Positions 49,701 through 62,811 of a stretch of 64,000 nucleotides of DNA are shown one piece after another. Source of the DNA: Balanoglossus misakiensis (lineage: Eukaryota > Animalia > Hemichordata); the NCBI GenBank assembly GCA_040954595.2, contig CM082585.2:9288564-9352563 (forward strand). The letters run 5' to 3'. The position numbers were made by a program, and so were the translations under genes. The notes beneath the pieces are model-generated. The model saw only the letters and a list, made by a program, of their open reading frames with translations. It searched no databases and had not been told where the DNA came from. The stretch's first letter is position 1; each line of letters starts with the position of its first letter.

Positions 49701-52700
49701 GATGATGTCATTATGCTAATATGGAAGAGGTACATGTAGAAGTCCATCTACTTTCCACGCCTTTCCTGTGTCGACATGACATTGCAATCACCAAGTAACA
49801 ATCGTTTCCAAAAATCCACGAGACTCACCTCCTTTGGTGACATACTTCATGTTCTCTGCAATGGTTGCCGACATCTCCGCAGTCTTCAACTTCGAAAATT
49901 CCTCGAAGTTGTTCAGATCAATGGAAGCTGAAGAACAAGAAACCATAGTTTCCAATCAGAATAATTTCTACCATATAAAACAATAGATTTGGACTAAACC
50001 ATGGTGGTACATGTAAAAGGGTAAAAGCAAATGTGATGACCTACCTGGTTTTGCACTGAGGTCGATATGATCAACATCTGATGTCAACACCCTCGGGTTG
50101 AGTCTCGGCATGACGTTGGGTCTGTTCATTATCCAGTCTAAAATACTGGTGCCATCACCAATCTCTCCCTAAGTGTTGTAAAAGTCAGAAGTATGAGGTT
50201 CATGTGTCCGCTAGCATCAAGGCTAAAAATATTGTAGGATGTTTGTTTGAAAAGTCAAATTTGCAGTTCAACTCAACATATTTCTATAGTGTGTAGAAAT
50301 TGGCCTTAAGGCACAAATTCAGGACATATGTTTCATCTAAACTAGCATATGTCAACATTTTAACATACCATATTGAAGCAAATATGTTTGCACAGTACAC
50401 TAGAAAATCTGGACTATTTTTAACAGGCAAGTGTTGAATAGATTTCATAAAGGGTTCCTTACCTGCCAGACAGCACGCTGGAAGTCTGGTGTCTGTTGTA
50501 GGATGTGGGTCAAAATAGCCTCTTCGAAGGCATTGGCATCCATCTAAGTTAGACGAAAAATAAATATTATAAAATCACACGCCAAATATCGTTGTGATTA
50601 TAAACAAGCAGACTATATTTTCTATGAACAGGAAATCTTACCTCATCATCTTTGAGTGGCACTCCATTGATTAATACCAGTGGTAAAGTTCCTAATCCGG
50701 TTTTCTCAAAAAATGTTTTTCCAGCCTGTTCAAATTGACAAGAAATGTCTGTCAGCACAAGCATGATATGAAAGAGTAAATAAACAAATTAAAAAAAATG
50801 TAAAAATAGTAAAAATACTACTGAACACACAGGGACGCCATTTTATTCTGGGCAACACTCACTGTTCTCTTGTCATCATAGTCTGAATCGACACCTAGGA
50901 TTTCGTCCAAGTCTTCTCCAGGAAAATGTTTTGTCAATTTGGCCACCACATCATCCACTGTGACTTCACTCTCGCCAGCTTGCTCATAAATCTATCAGTG
51001 AGAAAAAAAGACACTATGTCATCTCCATTTTCATGACATATTCATGTGTGGCCACTGAATCAGTACACATCTCATTGTCAGTTTCGTAGATTAAAACTTA
51101 CACAGGGCTTTTCATTTTTTTCTCTGATACAATTGCACATGTTAGTCTAGAATCGAATGCAGGCATTGCATCCACTCAATGTATATGTTCTTAAGTTCAT
51201 GTCTTAACAAATAATGTTCTCGATATTTCGTTGTCTCGGACATCGAATACCAACAAGACTCTCACCTTCGTGAGGAAAGACAAAGCCTTCCCTGAACCAA
51301 ACTCGCTCTTCGCAAAGTTGTACGCCCTCACTATGGCAACACCGGCGTCCGTCATCCCGTCTACATCGGTGTCGTCGTTGACGACGAATACGACACCAAT
51401 CCTACAGGGCACGTTGTTCATGTGGAAGGCATCAGCTTGCTCTAGAAGTTCTCCACTGATGGGTTTTGTGGGGTCAACGATAAAAACCTGTAAAAGATAA
51501 GAACATATAGAAACATTTAACAGTACACAAATCAACAATAATGCATATTACCATAGTTTCAGCAAGACAAGTCATTGTTCAACCCAACAGCATGACTGAC
51601 CCTCTGACCTTTCAATGAACTTTCGACTTGACAGTGTCATTTAATTTTTTAAGTCATCTTTGATGTTTGAAAACTTACCATGTGGAAGAAGTTCTTCCTG
51701 ACTTGTCTCAGCATTCCAGGGAATGTTGGTCTCAGCATATCTTGCACGGATGGCAGCCAGTGACTGTATTTTTTGTCCTTTTCCAAATCATTCACATACT
51801 GCAAACAACGATACATACAGTAACTTGGTATCACCAGAGACACCCCATAATCCCAGTGTAGAGGTCCAACTTTACCACAAAAAATAAACAACGAAAACGA
51901 AAACGACATCTTACCTCTACTGCATGATCCCTGATGTCCACAGCGTACGAGTGTTCGTCTGACTGGATGGGTACTTGCATTATTTTAGTCATGGTTTCAC
52001 CCTGAAAATTCAACAGCACCGAACAATAGTCACAGATATTCTACAGAACGCTTGCCAAAGATTGTCTCTCCATGCCTGAGATATTTTTTTACCTATTCTG
52101 TTTGTGACTTTTTCCCTCATCTACTATCATCTTGTTAAATACAAACACTTTTCTGTTAATTGTTTCGGGCAAAGTTCATACCTTGAGTCCCAGGGAATGA
52201 AGTCCCTCTATCAGTTTGGCCTCGCTGCGCAGCAGATCAAATAACCTGGTAGAACAGAAGCAAGAAATGATTTTTAATTTGTCAAACTGATGTGTAAATC
52301 CAAGAGTTGTGTTTCACTCACTTGGGGTAGGTGGACCGAACAAATGTATAGCGTACTTACATAAACGGATCAGCAATGTCAGTGTCTACTTGGAGTCCGT
52401 TAATCAGAATCATGGCCTCACCAGCAGACACGCCAAGAGTTCTCTCAATATTCTGAATGTACAAAGGGAAAGAAAAAAAAACATTCTCAACAGGCATCCA
52501 AAAAGACAAACATCTCCAAACAACTGTGTGGCACTTCAAATTCAAAATGGCCGCCAACAAGTTTACCCCATCAATTCTCAACAAAATTATGGTTTGCAAG
52601 ACAAGGAAATTTGCTGAAGAGTCCAAACCCTCTTACATCCCGGTTTTTCTTGATCTCATCCTTGAGTTCCTTCTTGACGCTAGTCTTGACCAATGACCGG

Positions 52701-54757
52701 GCTTGAGTCGGGAAATTCTGACTGGTATCTCTCATGACACGGAGAGCGTCTTCGGTCGGCGACGACAGCACTCGCTGGGCTGCCTGTAGACTGATGTCTA
52801 CAGAGAAAGACAGACAGACAGACAGGATGACAATAGAGTGAATTGGGTTGAACTTTGACCCTGACGTTCGCAATAATGACTGATCCAGATTTGTGTTGAT
52901 TAATTACTGAAAGGCATGTAATTTTCTGTATGTGAGAAAGTGTATGTATGTGTGAAATAGACAGAACAGCAAGAGACTATATTTATGGAATTTTGCAAAA
53001 CTCACCTTGGAGTTGCCAGACTTTCAACGGTGCCATGTCATTGGATGATTCAATGAGATGCGTTCTGAAAGCCTTCAGTTTGTCTTCCATCTCCGGATGC
53101 AGTTTCCTTGACAACCAAACACCAAACGCACATGATTAACCCCAAATACATCCCTCTTATATGTGATATCATTTTTAATACACATTTGGATATACTTTTC
53201 TTTAAAATTTGAAATCAGTCCAGATTCACACCGAACAATTTTTTTACCTGAGAGTTGTGAACTCAAAGCCTTGGACTTCATCTTCGCCGTCAGTGATGAA
53301 GTCGTCATCGCCACCTTCTCCTTCTTTCACATGGCTGTCGTCCACTGCTTTGTATTCAGTGCTCTTAATGGCTAACTCCACACCGTAACCCGAGAGACGT
53401 ACCTTGTTGTCTGGTTTGTCCTGCCGTGGAATTTGACAAAAATGAGAGATTGTGCATCACAACAAGGAAAGAACACGACAGTATAAAATTCACGTCATCT
53501 CAAGGAAGTGGACACGGTCAACTATGTCCTAACCAAATGAAACTGAAACTTACCGTGACATAATGTCTGAGTACATACTTGACGTCACCCTTCTTGGCAA
53601 GTTGACTAAGCTCTCGATGAAACTTGGGAAAATCAGTCTCTGGGTTACCGACTTGTCCGTACAAGACAACTGTGACATCAGCGTTATTAGAGCCTGGATA
53701 CTGATGGTCCACTTTGAAAATGCTGGGTTTTTGTCTGGTGGGGAAAAATGGTAAATTTTGGTAAGAGTAACACTGGTACTAGTCCCCATATTCCTCCAAA
53801 TAGATCCAACTTTACCATAGAAAACAATGGATTTGGGTCAAACCATAGCGGTGATAGGGTTAAATTACTCACCTGTCCCTCGCTGAGGCTATCAAAGCTG
53901 GTACTTCTGATAAGGTACACGTAATTTCACCATGGATGTCGAGAAAACTGTTGCAGCCACTGGGTGGTGGCAAGTCATTTGCAATCTACAATGGAGAAAA
54001 AAAGCATCACGATAGCAGTCTCATTATCAGAATTTAATTAAGGTAATCTGCAGAAGTCTTCCCGTCTATTGTTTTAAATACAATTTTGTGAATTTTAATC
54101 TTGAGAAATGTCTTACCTGATTGAACATTTCAACTTTCGGAGAATATGATCGTATTGACAGTGCAAATTTTAATAAATTAAGTCTAACTGGACTGACTAA
54201 CTGCTGTGCGTATCTCATGCCTAAGTGATAAATATCTTCATCTTGGGAATCTAAATTAATAAAATGATGGAAAACAAAATGCATTTAGAAAATTCACTTC
54301 ATAGTCATTCATAATGAATACATGTTTGAATTATGACTGCTTGTGTTCGATTCACTTGAAGATTTCAAGGAGAATAATTAAGCGCTTGTCACATTTTGCT
54401 CCTTACCTGCTCCCAGTGTTTTACGTAAATCTAACTCCGCAATAGAATTGATAAAATTCCAAAAATGATCATTGCTCTCGTCAGCGAGAAATTCGCTCAT
54501 TTCTAAAATGTATGGCGTGTTCCTCCATTTGGACTCAAGTATCGCAGTGACAGATTTGGATCTCATGGAAACCGCTGCAGTCTGTTGAAATGCAAGCAGT
54601 GATGCCCACAAAACTGCAACGACCTGGTGAGAAAATGATAAAATATTCACATCACTCACACAGTATACTTTGTGTCTATAAATTGAGATTTTGTAATCTA
54701 AAAATGTAGTCTAGTTCTCAATGACATGATAATGTGTACCATCCTTGTTGCGTTCAT
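43721..54757 (-). CDS. UGGT1: UDP-glucose:glycoprotein glucosyltransferase (many exons, apparently complete)
   Basis: Start MNATRM (54757-54740) splices to [12 protein letters not shown] (signal peptide) ...[28 protein letters not shown]24 catalytic motifs [89 protein letters not shown]. Last exon 43740-43721 gives ...DKHTEL* (ER retrieval). UGGT1 versus UGGT2 orthology not resolved. Confidence 0.95.
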
Positions 54758-54759
54758 CT

Positions 54760-55900
54760 AGACAAATAGCTAGAATCAGTTATTTCAGATAATTATTTGT
54801 GAGTGTTTGTACGTGAAACCACGGTCCCTGGAGGAGGCTGGTGAACTTGAACAGTTTGAGTTGACTAATTTGCATATGTGGGGGTCGGTTACCATGGAGA
54901 TTGACAACCATCCAAGATGGCGTGTCCGGACGCAATCAAAAGACACGTTTTCGTGTTGATTCTTTTGTTGATCTTGAAAGCTACAACAACTCAAGCTGTA
55001 CTGACTGTGTCAATATCAGCCGTATGCCAGCCGGGCTGCGAATAAATCACTGTAAGAAATCTTAACTCGCTCGGACCACTGTTTTGTTACTTCTCAGAGT
55101 ATGTTAAATGGCTAGGCTACTGTTGAGAATCTTACGCGACGGCGATTCGAGCACCGTATTATGTTGGCGGAGGCAATCAAAAAGTAACGCGGAAGTGAAA
55201 CTGACCAATAACAATCGAAAACGTGGCTTCCCTGCCTTACGGGGGAGTTCGTGTGATTCGAAGCCCTGTCGCGTCCAGGCTAAACGTGTTTTGGGGTTTT
55301 CATTAAAAGAATAAAATCATACAATATAACAGATATACTATGATCTTATAAAACTTTACATTTTCATGAAATTGCTGGAAATATCGGCTGGACAAGTTCG
55401 CCGGCATTCGACACTCACCTTCATTATAGTCGTCGCCATATTGGTTTGGGAAAGACCTTTTAGGCTACTGAAAACAAATACAGTTGTCAAAAATTGGGAA
55501 CTTTTCGCAATCCGTGGACCGTTCGGAGTAAAAGAGGCGAGATTTCCAATCTTACTTGATTTATTTCACAACTACTGAAAGATATTTCTTTATTCTGATT
55601 TTAAAAATTGTGAAAATATTAGCCAGCCGCATTAAACATCTGTTTTAGTCTGGGTGGTTCACAAGCAAAGCGGAAGTACCAGCAAGTTGACAACAACATT
55701 CAACACGTGTAGTTGTGGGTGCACCGATGTTGGAACAGCAAAATACAGAAATGTTGTGTCTTGGCTCCGACCTACATGGACTAGTTAGTTGCGAGAAACA
55801 TTCATTAAGCTGTTCCTTAGTTTTTCGGGCATTGTAATATTGTTGATCGATTACTGTGATCGTTTTCCGCACCAGTTTTTGGAAACAATCTATCCCAGCC
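54760..55900. promoter_or_regulatory. Bidirectional promoter region UGGT/WDR83
   Basis: Head-to-head start codons about 1.15 kb apart. ETS-type GCGGAAGT at about 55189 and 55670; YY1-type CAAGATGGCG at about 54913. Confidence 0.5.
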
Positions 55901-55902
55901 AG

Positions 55903-57255
55903 ATGACTGAAAAACTACCAACCAAATTTATTTCAGCTCTTGAATGTAAACAGGCCGCTGTGCGTGCGGTGCGTTTCAACGTCGACGGTAACTACTGCCT
56001 GACTTGCGGAAGCGACAAATCGGTGAAACTCTGGAACCCCCACCGCGGGATCCAACTCAAAACTTATCAGGGACACGGCTATGAAGTCTTGGATGCTGCT
56101 TCGTCTTGTGACAATAGTCAGTTTACGTCCTGTGGGGGCGACAAATCTGTGATACTTTGGGACGTTGCCACTGGCCAGGTGGTGAGAAAGTTTCGGGGAC
56201 ACAATGGAGTTGTCAACTGTGTGAAGTTTAATGAAGAATCCACTGTTGTTCTCTCGGGTGAGTTCACAGGGTGATGATGGAAAGTTGCCATGGTAACAAA
56301 GAAGCTGTAAGCCACATCTCATTGGATGTTACCACAGTAACCATTGTATACACCCAGACCTTGTACATCACTATTCACTGAAATTGAAACCACTATCTCG
56401 TTTCAGGTTCCATCGACTCGACTGTCAGGATATGGGACTGCAAGTCGCGACAGATGGACCCCATTCAGGTGTTGGACGAAGCCAAAGACGGCGTGTCCTC
56501 CATCGCTGTCTCCAACCACGAAATACTGACCGGGTCAGTGGACGGCAAAATCAGACGCTACGACCTCAGAATGGGCCAGTTGTTTTCAGATTGTGTGGGA
56601 AGTAAGTGTGGGTTTTCATATCAGTTTGTCAGGTCAAATGTGCTATGCAAATTAGACTCACGGTGAGGCCATGATGTGTTGTCTATTGGTGTCAGTTTTG
56701 TTGCATCTTAAAAACTGGCTCTTTTTTTTCATTCGATCAGAGCCGATTACTTGCGTCAACTTCACCAAAGACGGCCAGTGTGCTCTGGTCTCATCCTTGG
56801 ACAGCACCGTGAGACTGTTCGACAAGGACACCGGAGAGATGCTGGGAGAATACGCTGGACACCGGAACACGGAGTACATGATTGACAGCTGCCTGACCGA
56901 GACGGACACTCACATTGTCAGCGGCTCCGAAGATGGCAGTATCTGTTTCTGGGATTTAGTAGAGGTAAGTGGCAAACCCTTTTCTCTTTCAATAGAATAG
57001 ACTAGTATATCAAACTTCCAGTAGACAATTTTAAAATAAAGCTTACTTGCAATTTTGGCTCTTTTTTATATTTTTTGTCTGCTTTTAGTGTAAAAAATGT
57101 CTCTCTTCTAGGGTACCATGGTGCAGACGGTCAACAAGGCAGGAAGTGGGGCTATCCATTCTCTGTCCTTCCACCCGACTGAGAGTTGTCTGCTCACCGC
57201 TTCTGAGACAACGTGCAGCGTTTGGAGATTGCAGTCCTATGAAGTTGCAGAGTAG
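55903..57255 (+). CDS. WDR83: WD repeat protein 83 (MORG1)
   Basis: Exons 55903-56257, 56407-56601, 56741-56964, 57112-57255. AVRAVRFNVDGNYCLTCGSDKSVKLWNP, LKTYQGHGYEVLDAA and GSVDGKIRRYDLRMG are characteristic of MORG1. Confidence 0.95.
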
Positions 57256-57919
57256 GGTGGCTCGGTCCAAATCCCTAGCTCAAAGCAAGCCAGTCACAGC
57301 AAAATTATATGTTCTTGTTACATTTCACAATGTGATGAACATTGTGTGATAGCAGACTAATTTTACATACATATGTAGAGTTTTAACAGCGTCTAGACAA
57401 TACTTGTACAGATCAGCACTCGTAAATCAATACAGTATGTAAAATTATTGACTGATATGTATCTCAGACAGAATGTCGAGTTTGTACACATCAACATTTT
57501 GGGTCAAACTTTTGAAATTGTCACAGGACCCTTCGAACAGAGAATACAAGTTTCCAGATAACATATGTCTGTGTGTGTGTGTGTCGTAATGAATATTTGT
57601 GCAAGAAAAATAACCTCTCTTCAACACTGTCACCGTTTAAATGCATCTTTTTATTTATGTTATTAAAGAAACTCCCATGCTGTAAGTGTTATCACGAATG
57701 AAATTCTGGAGATTACAATTTTATTGAAAAGAAAATATCAAAAAGTATGCTAGCATCTTTTCATACTTAGGTACCGTAGGTACATCTCTGCTTGTCGAAA
57801 TAATACAGATCAAAACACACTGTAAATATACTTCAGATGCTTTGACAATGAAAATGCTTTTCAGTAATGGCAGCACAAAGGACTGAAAATTGCTCTGAAA
57901 TCAGGAGAGTAAAGTCTGT

Positions 57920-59167
57920 TTACAGTTCCACTCTGCCATTTCCATTGGTTGGGGGATGGCTGTAACGCCCCATGAAGAGGATTGCTCCGGCGCGATTATC
58001 CCGGATCAGGAAGAGGAACGGGTGGTCCGCCTTGAACTCCAGCGGCATGTGCATCATTCGGGAGCGCATGACAACGGCGGTGGCGGCGGCCGCTTCCGTG
58101 CCTTCCTCGTTCACTTCCACGAACGCCTTGTGGATGACCTGGGAGACGTAGAGCCGCGGGTCGTCGGAGATCCGGGAGAGATTGGCGACGCCTTCTCGGA
58201 AGAGGTCCTTCATGCCGAGCGCGGCCAGCTGGTCGTTCAGAACGAAGGACTGCGTGAGCTTGAACTTTGGAATGGACACGGTGACGGTGGAGTTGGTCAT
58301 TTTCTGGGCCCAGGAATTCAGCAGGTCTGCGTCCAGCCTGCTTTCTAATCGGTCCAGGCCGTCGCGCTCCCCGGGCAAAATCATGACCATACTCATCTTG
58401 CCACCGGTGTACAGCATCTCGAGCACACTGCAGTCCAAGTCGCGGTCGTGATGGAAGTTGAAATTTCCCCTCTGATGCATCATGGGTACCTCGGTAGTCT
58501 CGTCCTTTGTGATGAAGAAATCGCCCGGTTTGGTCTCTTCGAGCTCGAACCTACTCACCCAGGTGCCTTTGAAATAAACGGCATTGACCAATACCAGGAC
58601 AGTCAAAGGGTCAAGGGCACCTGGGGTAATCAAGTCCTTGATTTTCCCTTCGGTGTGTCGCTCGACCCAGTCGTTGATCAGCAAGCGAGCTTCCTCCGTC
58701 TGTTCGACGAAGTCTACGACTTTCAGCTTGGCGTCGTAGTACGAGGCAGTCGCGTCCAGGAACTCCTCCAGGATAGGGTAGCCCTCCTGGCTGAAGAGTT
58801 TGTTCGCCGATGTCAGTGTGTAGAGCCCGCTCTGGGGGTTGTACAGCATGGAGTTGAGTTCGCGGAAGGCTGTGTGGATGTCCGCCTCCTCCAAACCCTT
58901 CAGGTGCAGCACCTTCGTCATCTGTGTCGAGGTGTTGCCTCGCGCCCCCAGGTGCACCATGGCCAGAGCTGTAGAGATGCTGATTGGCGAGAAGAAGACG
59001 TTGTCGCCATAGTTACTTCTGCTCAGAGACTGGTACATCTGCAGGGCGAACCTGTTGCTGCGCTTGGAGATTTTCAGGACGTTGTGAGGGGAGTACTCGG
59101 TAGTCACCAGCGCGCTCATAGCAAGCAGTACCACAGTGGCGACGATGTAAACCCTGGCGGCCTCCAT
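57920..59167 (-). CDS. Secretory-pathway inhibitory serpin, intronless CDS, 415 aa
   Basis: Signal peptide; NVFFSPISISTALAMVHLGARG, NAVYFKGTW, hinge EEGTEAAAAT, RCL AVVMRSR-MMHMP, FKADHPFLFLIR; C-terminal extension ending RVEL. Probable 5'UTR intron (acceptor at about 59211, donor at about 59928). Confidence 0.95.
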   Translation of the reverse strand: MEAARVYIVATVVLLAMSALVTTEYSPHNVLKISKRSNRFALQMYQSLSRSNYGDNVFFSPISISTALAMVHLGARGNTSTQMTKVLHLKGLEEADIHTAFRELNSMLYNPQSGLYTLTSANKLFSQEGYPILEEFLDATASYYDAKLKVVDFVEQTEEARLLINDWVERHTEGKIKDLITPGALDPLTVLVLVNAVYFKGTWVSRFELEETKPGDFFITKDETTEVPMMHQRGNFNFHHDRDLDCSVLEMLYTGGKMSMVMILPGERDGLDRLESRLDADLLNSWAQKMTNSTVTVSIPKFKLTQSFVLNDQLAALGMKDLFREGVANLSRISDDPRLYVSQVIHKAFVEVNEEGTEAAAATAVVMRSRMMHMPLEFKADHPFLFLIRDNRAGAILFMGRYSHPPTNGNGRVEL

Positions 59168-60393
59168 ATTCTTATGATGTCGGTAAAAGCTGCAGTTCTA
59201 ACACTGGTACCTGCAATGGAAGATACAGAACTATTATTAAGTCCTCTTGATGTATCTGTTTTATAAAAGCGTGTTAGTGTCGTGCATCATTTTGAAATAT
59301 GATCTGATCGTTAACTGGTCTGCTCACAAAGTCGGAGGAATCGAGAGTAATAAATATGGCGACATGAGTTGCTGGGGTACTTGTTTATCTTTGACTGGAC
59401 GGAGACTTCGAGTGCAGTGTTCGACTGAAAACGGTGGTTTTTCCGACATAACTGACTTAGGACACGTTCAATAACTGGTCCAGGACCGAATTTCACTTTC
59501 GATTCACTGGTTATGAAAGACGTTAGACGCCCCGATATGTTAACACTGTAAAATCGTGTAGAACGATGAAATGAACACACCCCACCTCATGTACATTACT
59601 ACATGTATGTTTCCCACGGCTTTAACTCTGTAAAGCAATACACTTATAATACAGTACGGCATTCGTCTGGACCGACAATTCTGAGCTATTATTTTTTTCT
59701 TACTAGGAAATGTGACGTGTAGTATTCTTGGAGCGACACGTAATTCCTGTTTGCGTAGATTAACAGACTGTGTGTCGAACGATCGATGATGGAAGAAAAC
59801 CCACCAAACAAAACACGTAGTCATTGACGGTAGCAGACGAAATAACACATTGATCTGCTCTGCGATTGCCTTGATTTAGTGTGAAACAGTACCATGCTGA
59901 AACAAATTAGAAATGTGTTTAAACTTACACGTTTAAAACTTAAACGTCTTCTTGTCCCAGATGTCAGATCGCATACTAAACTTCCGCGATATCAAATTTA
60001 GTCAACATCCTGTCACGAGCTGGAGAGATCAACTCGCGACCTTTGAGAGGCAACAGCGCCATCACAAATAAAACGGGTCCATGCCTGTGTTTCTCTGGAA
60101 AAAGGCAAAAATATTCGTAGGGGTACATCGACTATATTGGTAAACAAAAATTACTTCTTTTGTTGTAATAGCAGGTATTTTTCTGTATGTCCCAACTCAT
60201 AATATTACACTGTGATCCTGCATCATTCCAGACCCCTCCCCACAATGTATAAGTGGACCACCCCTTAAACCACACCGGTACATATTCATTTCGCGCACCT
60301 GCCGGTATCGCAAGCCAGGTGTAGGTTTAAAGTGTCACTCACGTATTGCACGACACGCACCTGAACTACTGTGCAAAGACCAGACCTCCAAAC

Positions 60394-62778
60394 ATGGCGT
60401 CCCCAGATGTGACCAAGGGTCTCAAAATCGCCGCGGGTGCCGTTACTGCGGCGGGACTCGCCAACTACGTGTACCCATACTGGGCTAACGACATCAGGAC
60501 CGTGCGCAGGATAAAAGGAATGACAGAAACGGCCACACTGGATAGGAAACAGAAATATTTCGTGGTGGACCTTTTCCTAGACCAAGCAAAGAAGCATCCG
60601 TATAAAACAGGTCTCATATTTGACAACACCGCCTATACGTACGGCGACATTGACAACCTGTCCAATAAGTTTGCAAATTTCGTCAGTCGACAGGGGCTGA
60701 AACTTGGCGACACAGTCGCCATGATGATGTACAATGAACCGGCGTTTCTGTGGATGTACTTGGGCTTCGCCAAGCTGGGGATAACATGCACCTTTATCAA
60801 CTACAATCTACGTGGCGAGTCAATCAACTACTGTCTACAAATATGTGGAGCAAAGCTAATGGCTGTAGGCCGAGGTATATTTTAAATCTTATGGAAGCAC
60901 TCCCTCTTGCAAGGGAAAGTAGGCATATCATCCATGCTTGTCCCGCAAAATTTCCAGATAAACTTTTCCAAGACTTTTCAACAAAACATCCTACTTTCTA
61001 ACCCTTTCACCGACCGGAATTCTCAAAAAGGTGCCCCCATTTTCCTTGCTTTTACTGAGTGTGATGATGAACACACAAATCACACACGCGGGTCAATTCG
61101 AAATGTCGAAGGTCGGGTGAGTGTTAACCCGACCCATATTCTATAATGGAACCTTGAACAGACCGTACTAAGACACGTTTGGCAGTGCCATGATAATAAT
61201 AAAGTTCCATCACCCCAGAGATATCTTATTTATATTTAATTTACAGAAGATGAGCTATTGCATGCAGTCCATGGAGTGTCTGACCGATTGGCCGAGAGTA
61301 AAGTTGACGTGTGGACTTGCCATGGCAACACACTCGGTTCCTTCAGAGACATCCAAGAAGAATTGGCGCAATCTCCTGCCGACCCTATACCCAGGGATGC
61401 CCGGAGTCAACTCGATGCAACTGACGTTTCTGTGTACATTTTCACCTCTGGCACAACTGGTATATATTATCGGGTTTTCGTTGAGTGGCGACTTTGATCC
61501 ATTGCATTCATGACTAATTTACCGTTCGATATACATTCGTCCAGACTCCTCATGATGTATACTTTCTAGGGTGCCCTGTTTCCATTTTTTTTATTTTGTT
61601 GAGTTTTGAAACTTTGCCCAAAGTCATAAGGATTTCATAGGCACGCATGTTAGTAGTGTAAATGGTAAATAATAACATATAGTAACTATACATTGACAGG
61701 TCTGCCGAAGGCGGTCAAGTATTCTTACGGACGTCTCATGGCGAGCTGTAACATATTGCCGCCCCGTGCAGTCAAGCCCGGTGATCGCATGTACGTTTCG
61801 CTGCCGTTATACCACAGTTCTGGGTTTATTGTTGGTGTCGGCAACTGCTGGAAAAATGGTATGTCTCAGATTATTAAAGTAAGCTAACATATATACATGT
61901 ATACATGATGATGGCACCGACTGCCATAATTCTAGCCGGGCAGTTTATGTGGTAAGCATGCGCACTGACTACCGTGTCCCTTTAAAATAAGTTATGTTTG
62001 AAATGCCGCAATTATCTCCTCACTTTGTTTCTTCTCCGCAGGAATTACAGTAATTCTAGCAAAGAAGTTCTCCGTTCACCATTTTTGGGAAGACTGTCGA
62101 CGCCACGGCGCTACGATCTTTCTATACATCGGAGAGGTGTGTCGGTACTTGCTCACTTTACCAGAGGTGAGATTTACTGGCAAACATGTACTATGATTTT
62201 GGTAGACTTGGAATGGGGCTTGTATGCTTGTCGTGGAAAATAACTGCAATAAATAAGCTTATAACTTCGGTCTCATCTACCGTAGACATCACAGGACAAG
62301 AATCACTCCATACGAGTGGCCTGGGGCAATGGTCTCCGCCGGGATATTTGGGACAAATTCCAGAAGCGGTTTGCAATTCCGACAATTGCCGAGTTCTACG
62401 GAGCAACCGAAGGAGGGTTCTTTACTATGAGTATGGACAACACGCCAGGTGTTCTGGGTAAATTTTCACCCTTTCTGAAGGTAAATAATGATATAATATA
62501 CTTCGTCGTCGGAGGAATATTTGGTTGGATTCGTTTCGGTTCTTTGTCGTTGGTCTGTCGCCGACAACTTGACACAAAAATGAGCATAACTAAACACACA
62601 CACACATACACACACAAGTTTGGGTACAAAAGTGACGAACACATTAGTTTCTTCTTTCAGCGCTATTTGGGATTTGAGTTGGTTGAATATGACTTCGAAA
62701 CAGCCACACCCTTGCGTAACAAGGACGGCAGATGCATTCCAGTTGGCCTAGGTATGTTTTATTTATTTATTTGTTTGT

Positions 62779-62811
<33 letters not shown>

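Noticed and set aside
57956-59266. Plus-strand ORFs of 130 and 272 aa
   Set aside because: Antisense shadows of the GC3-rich serpin CDS.
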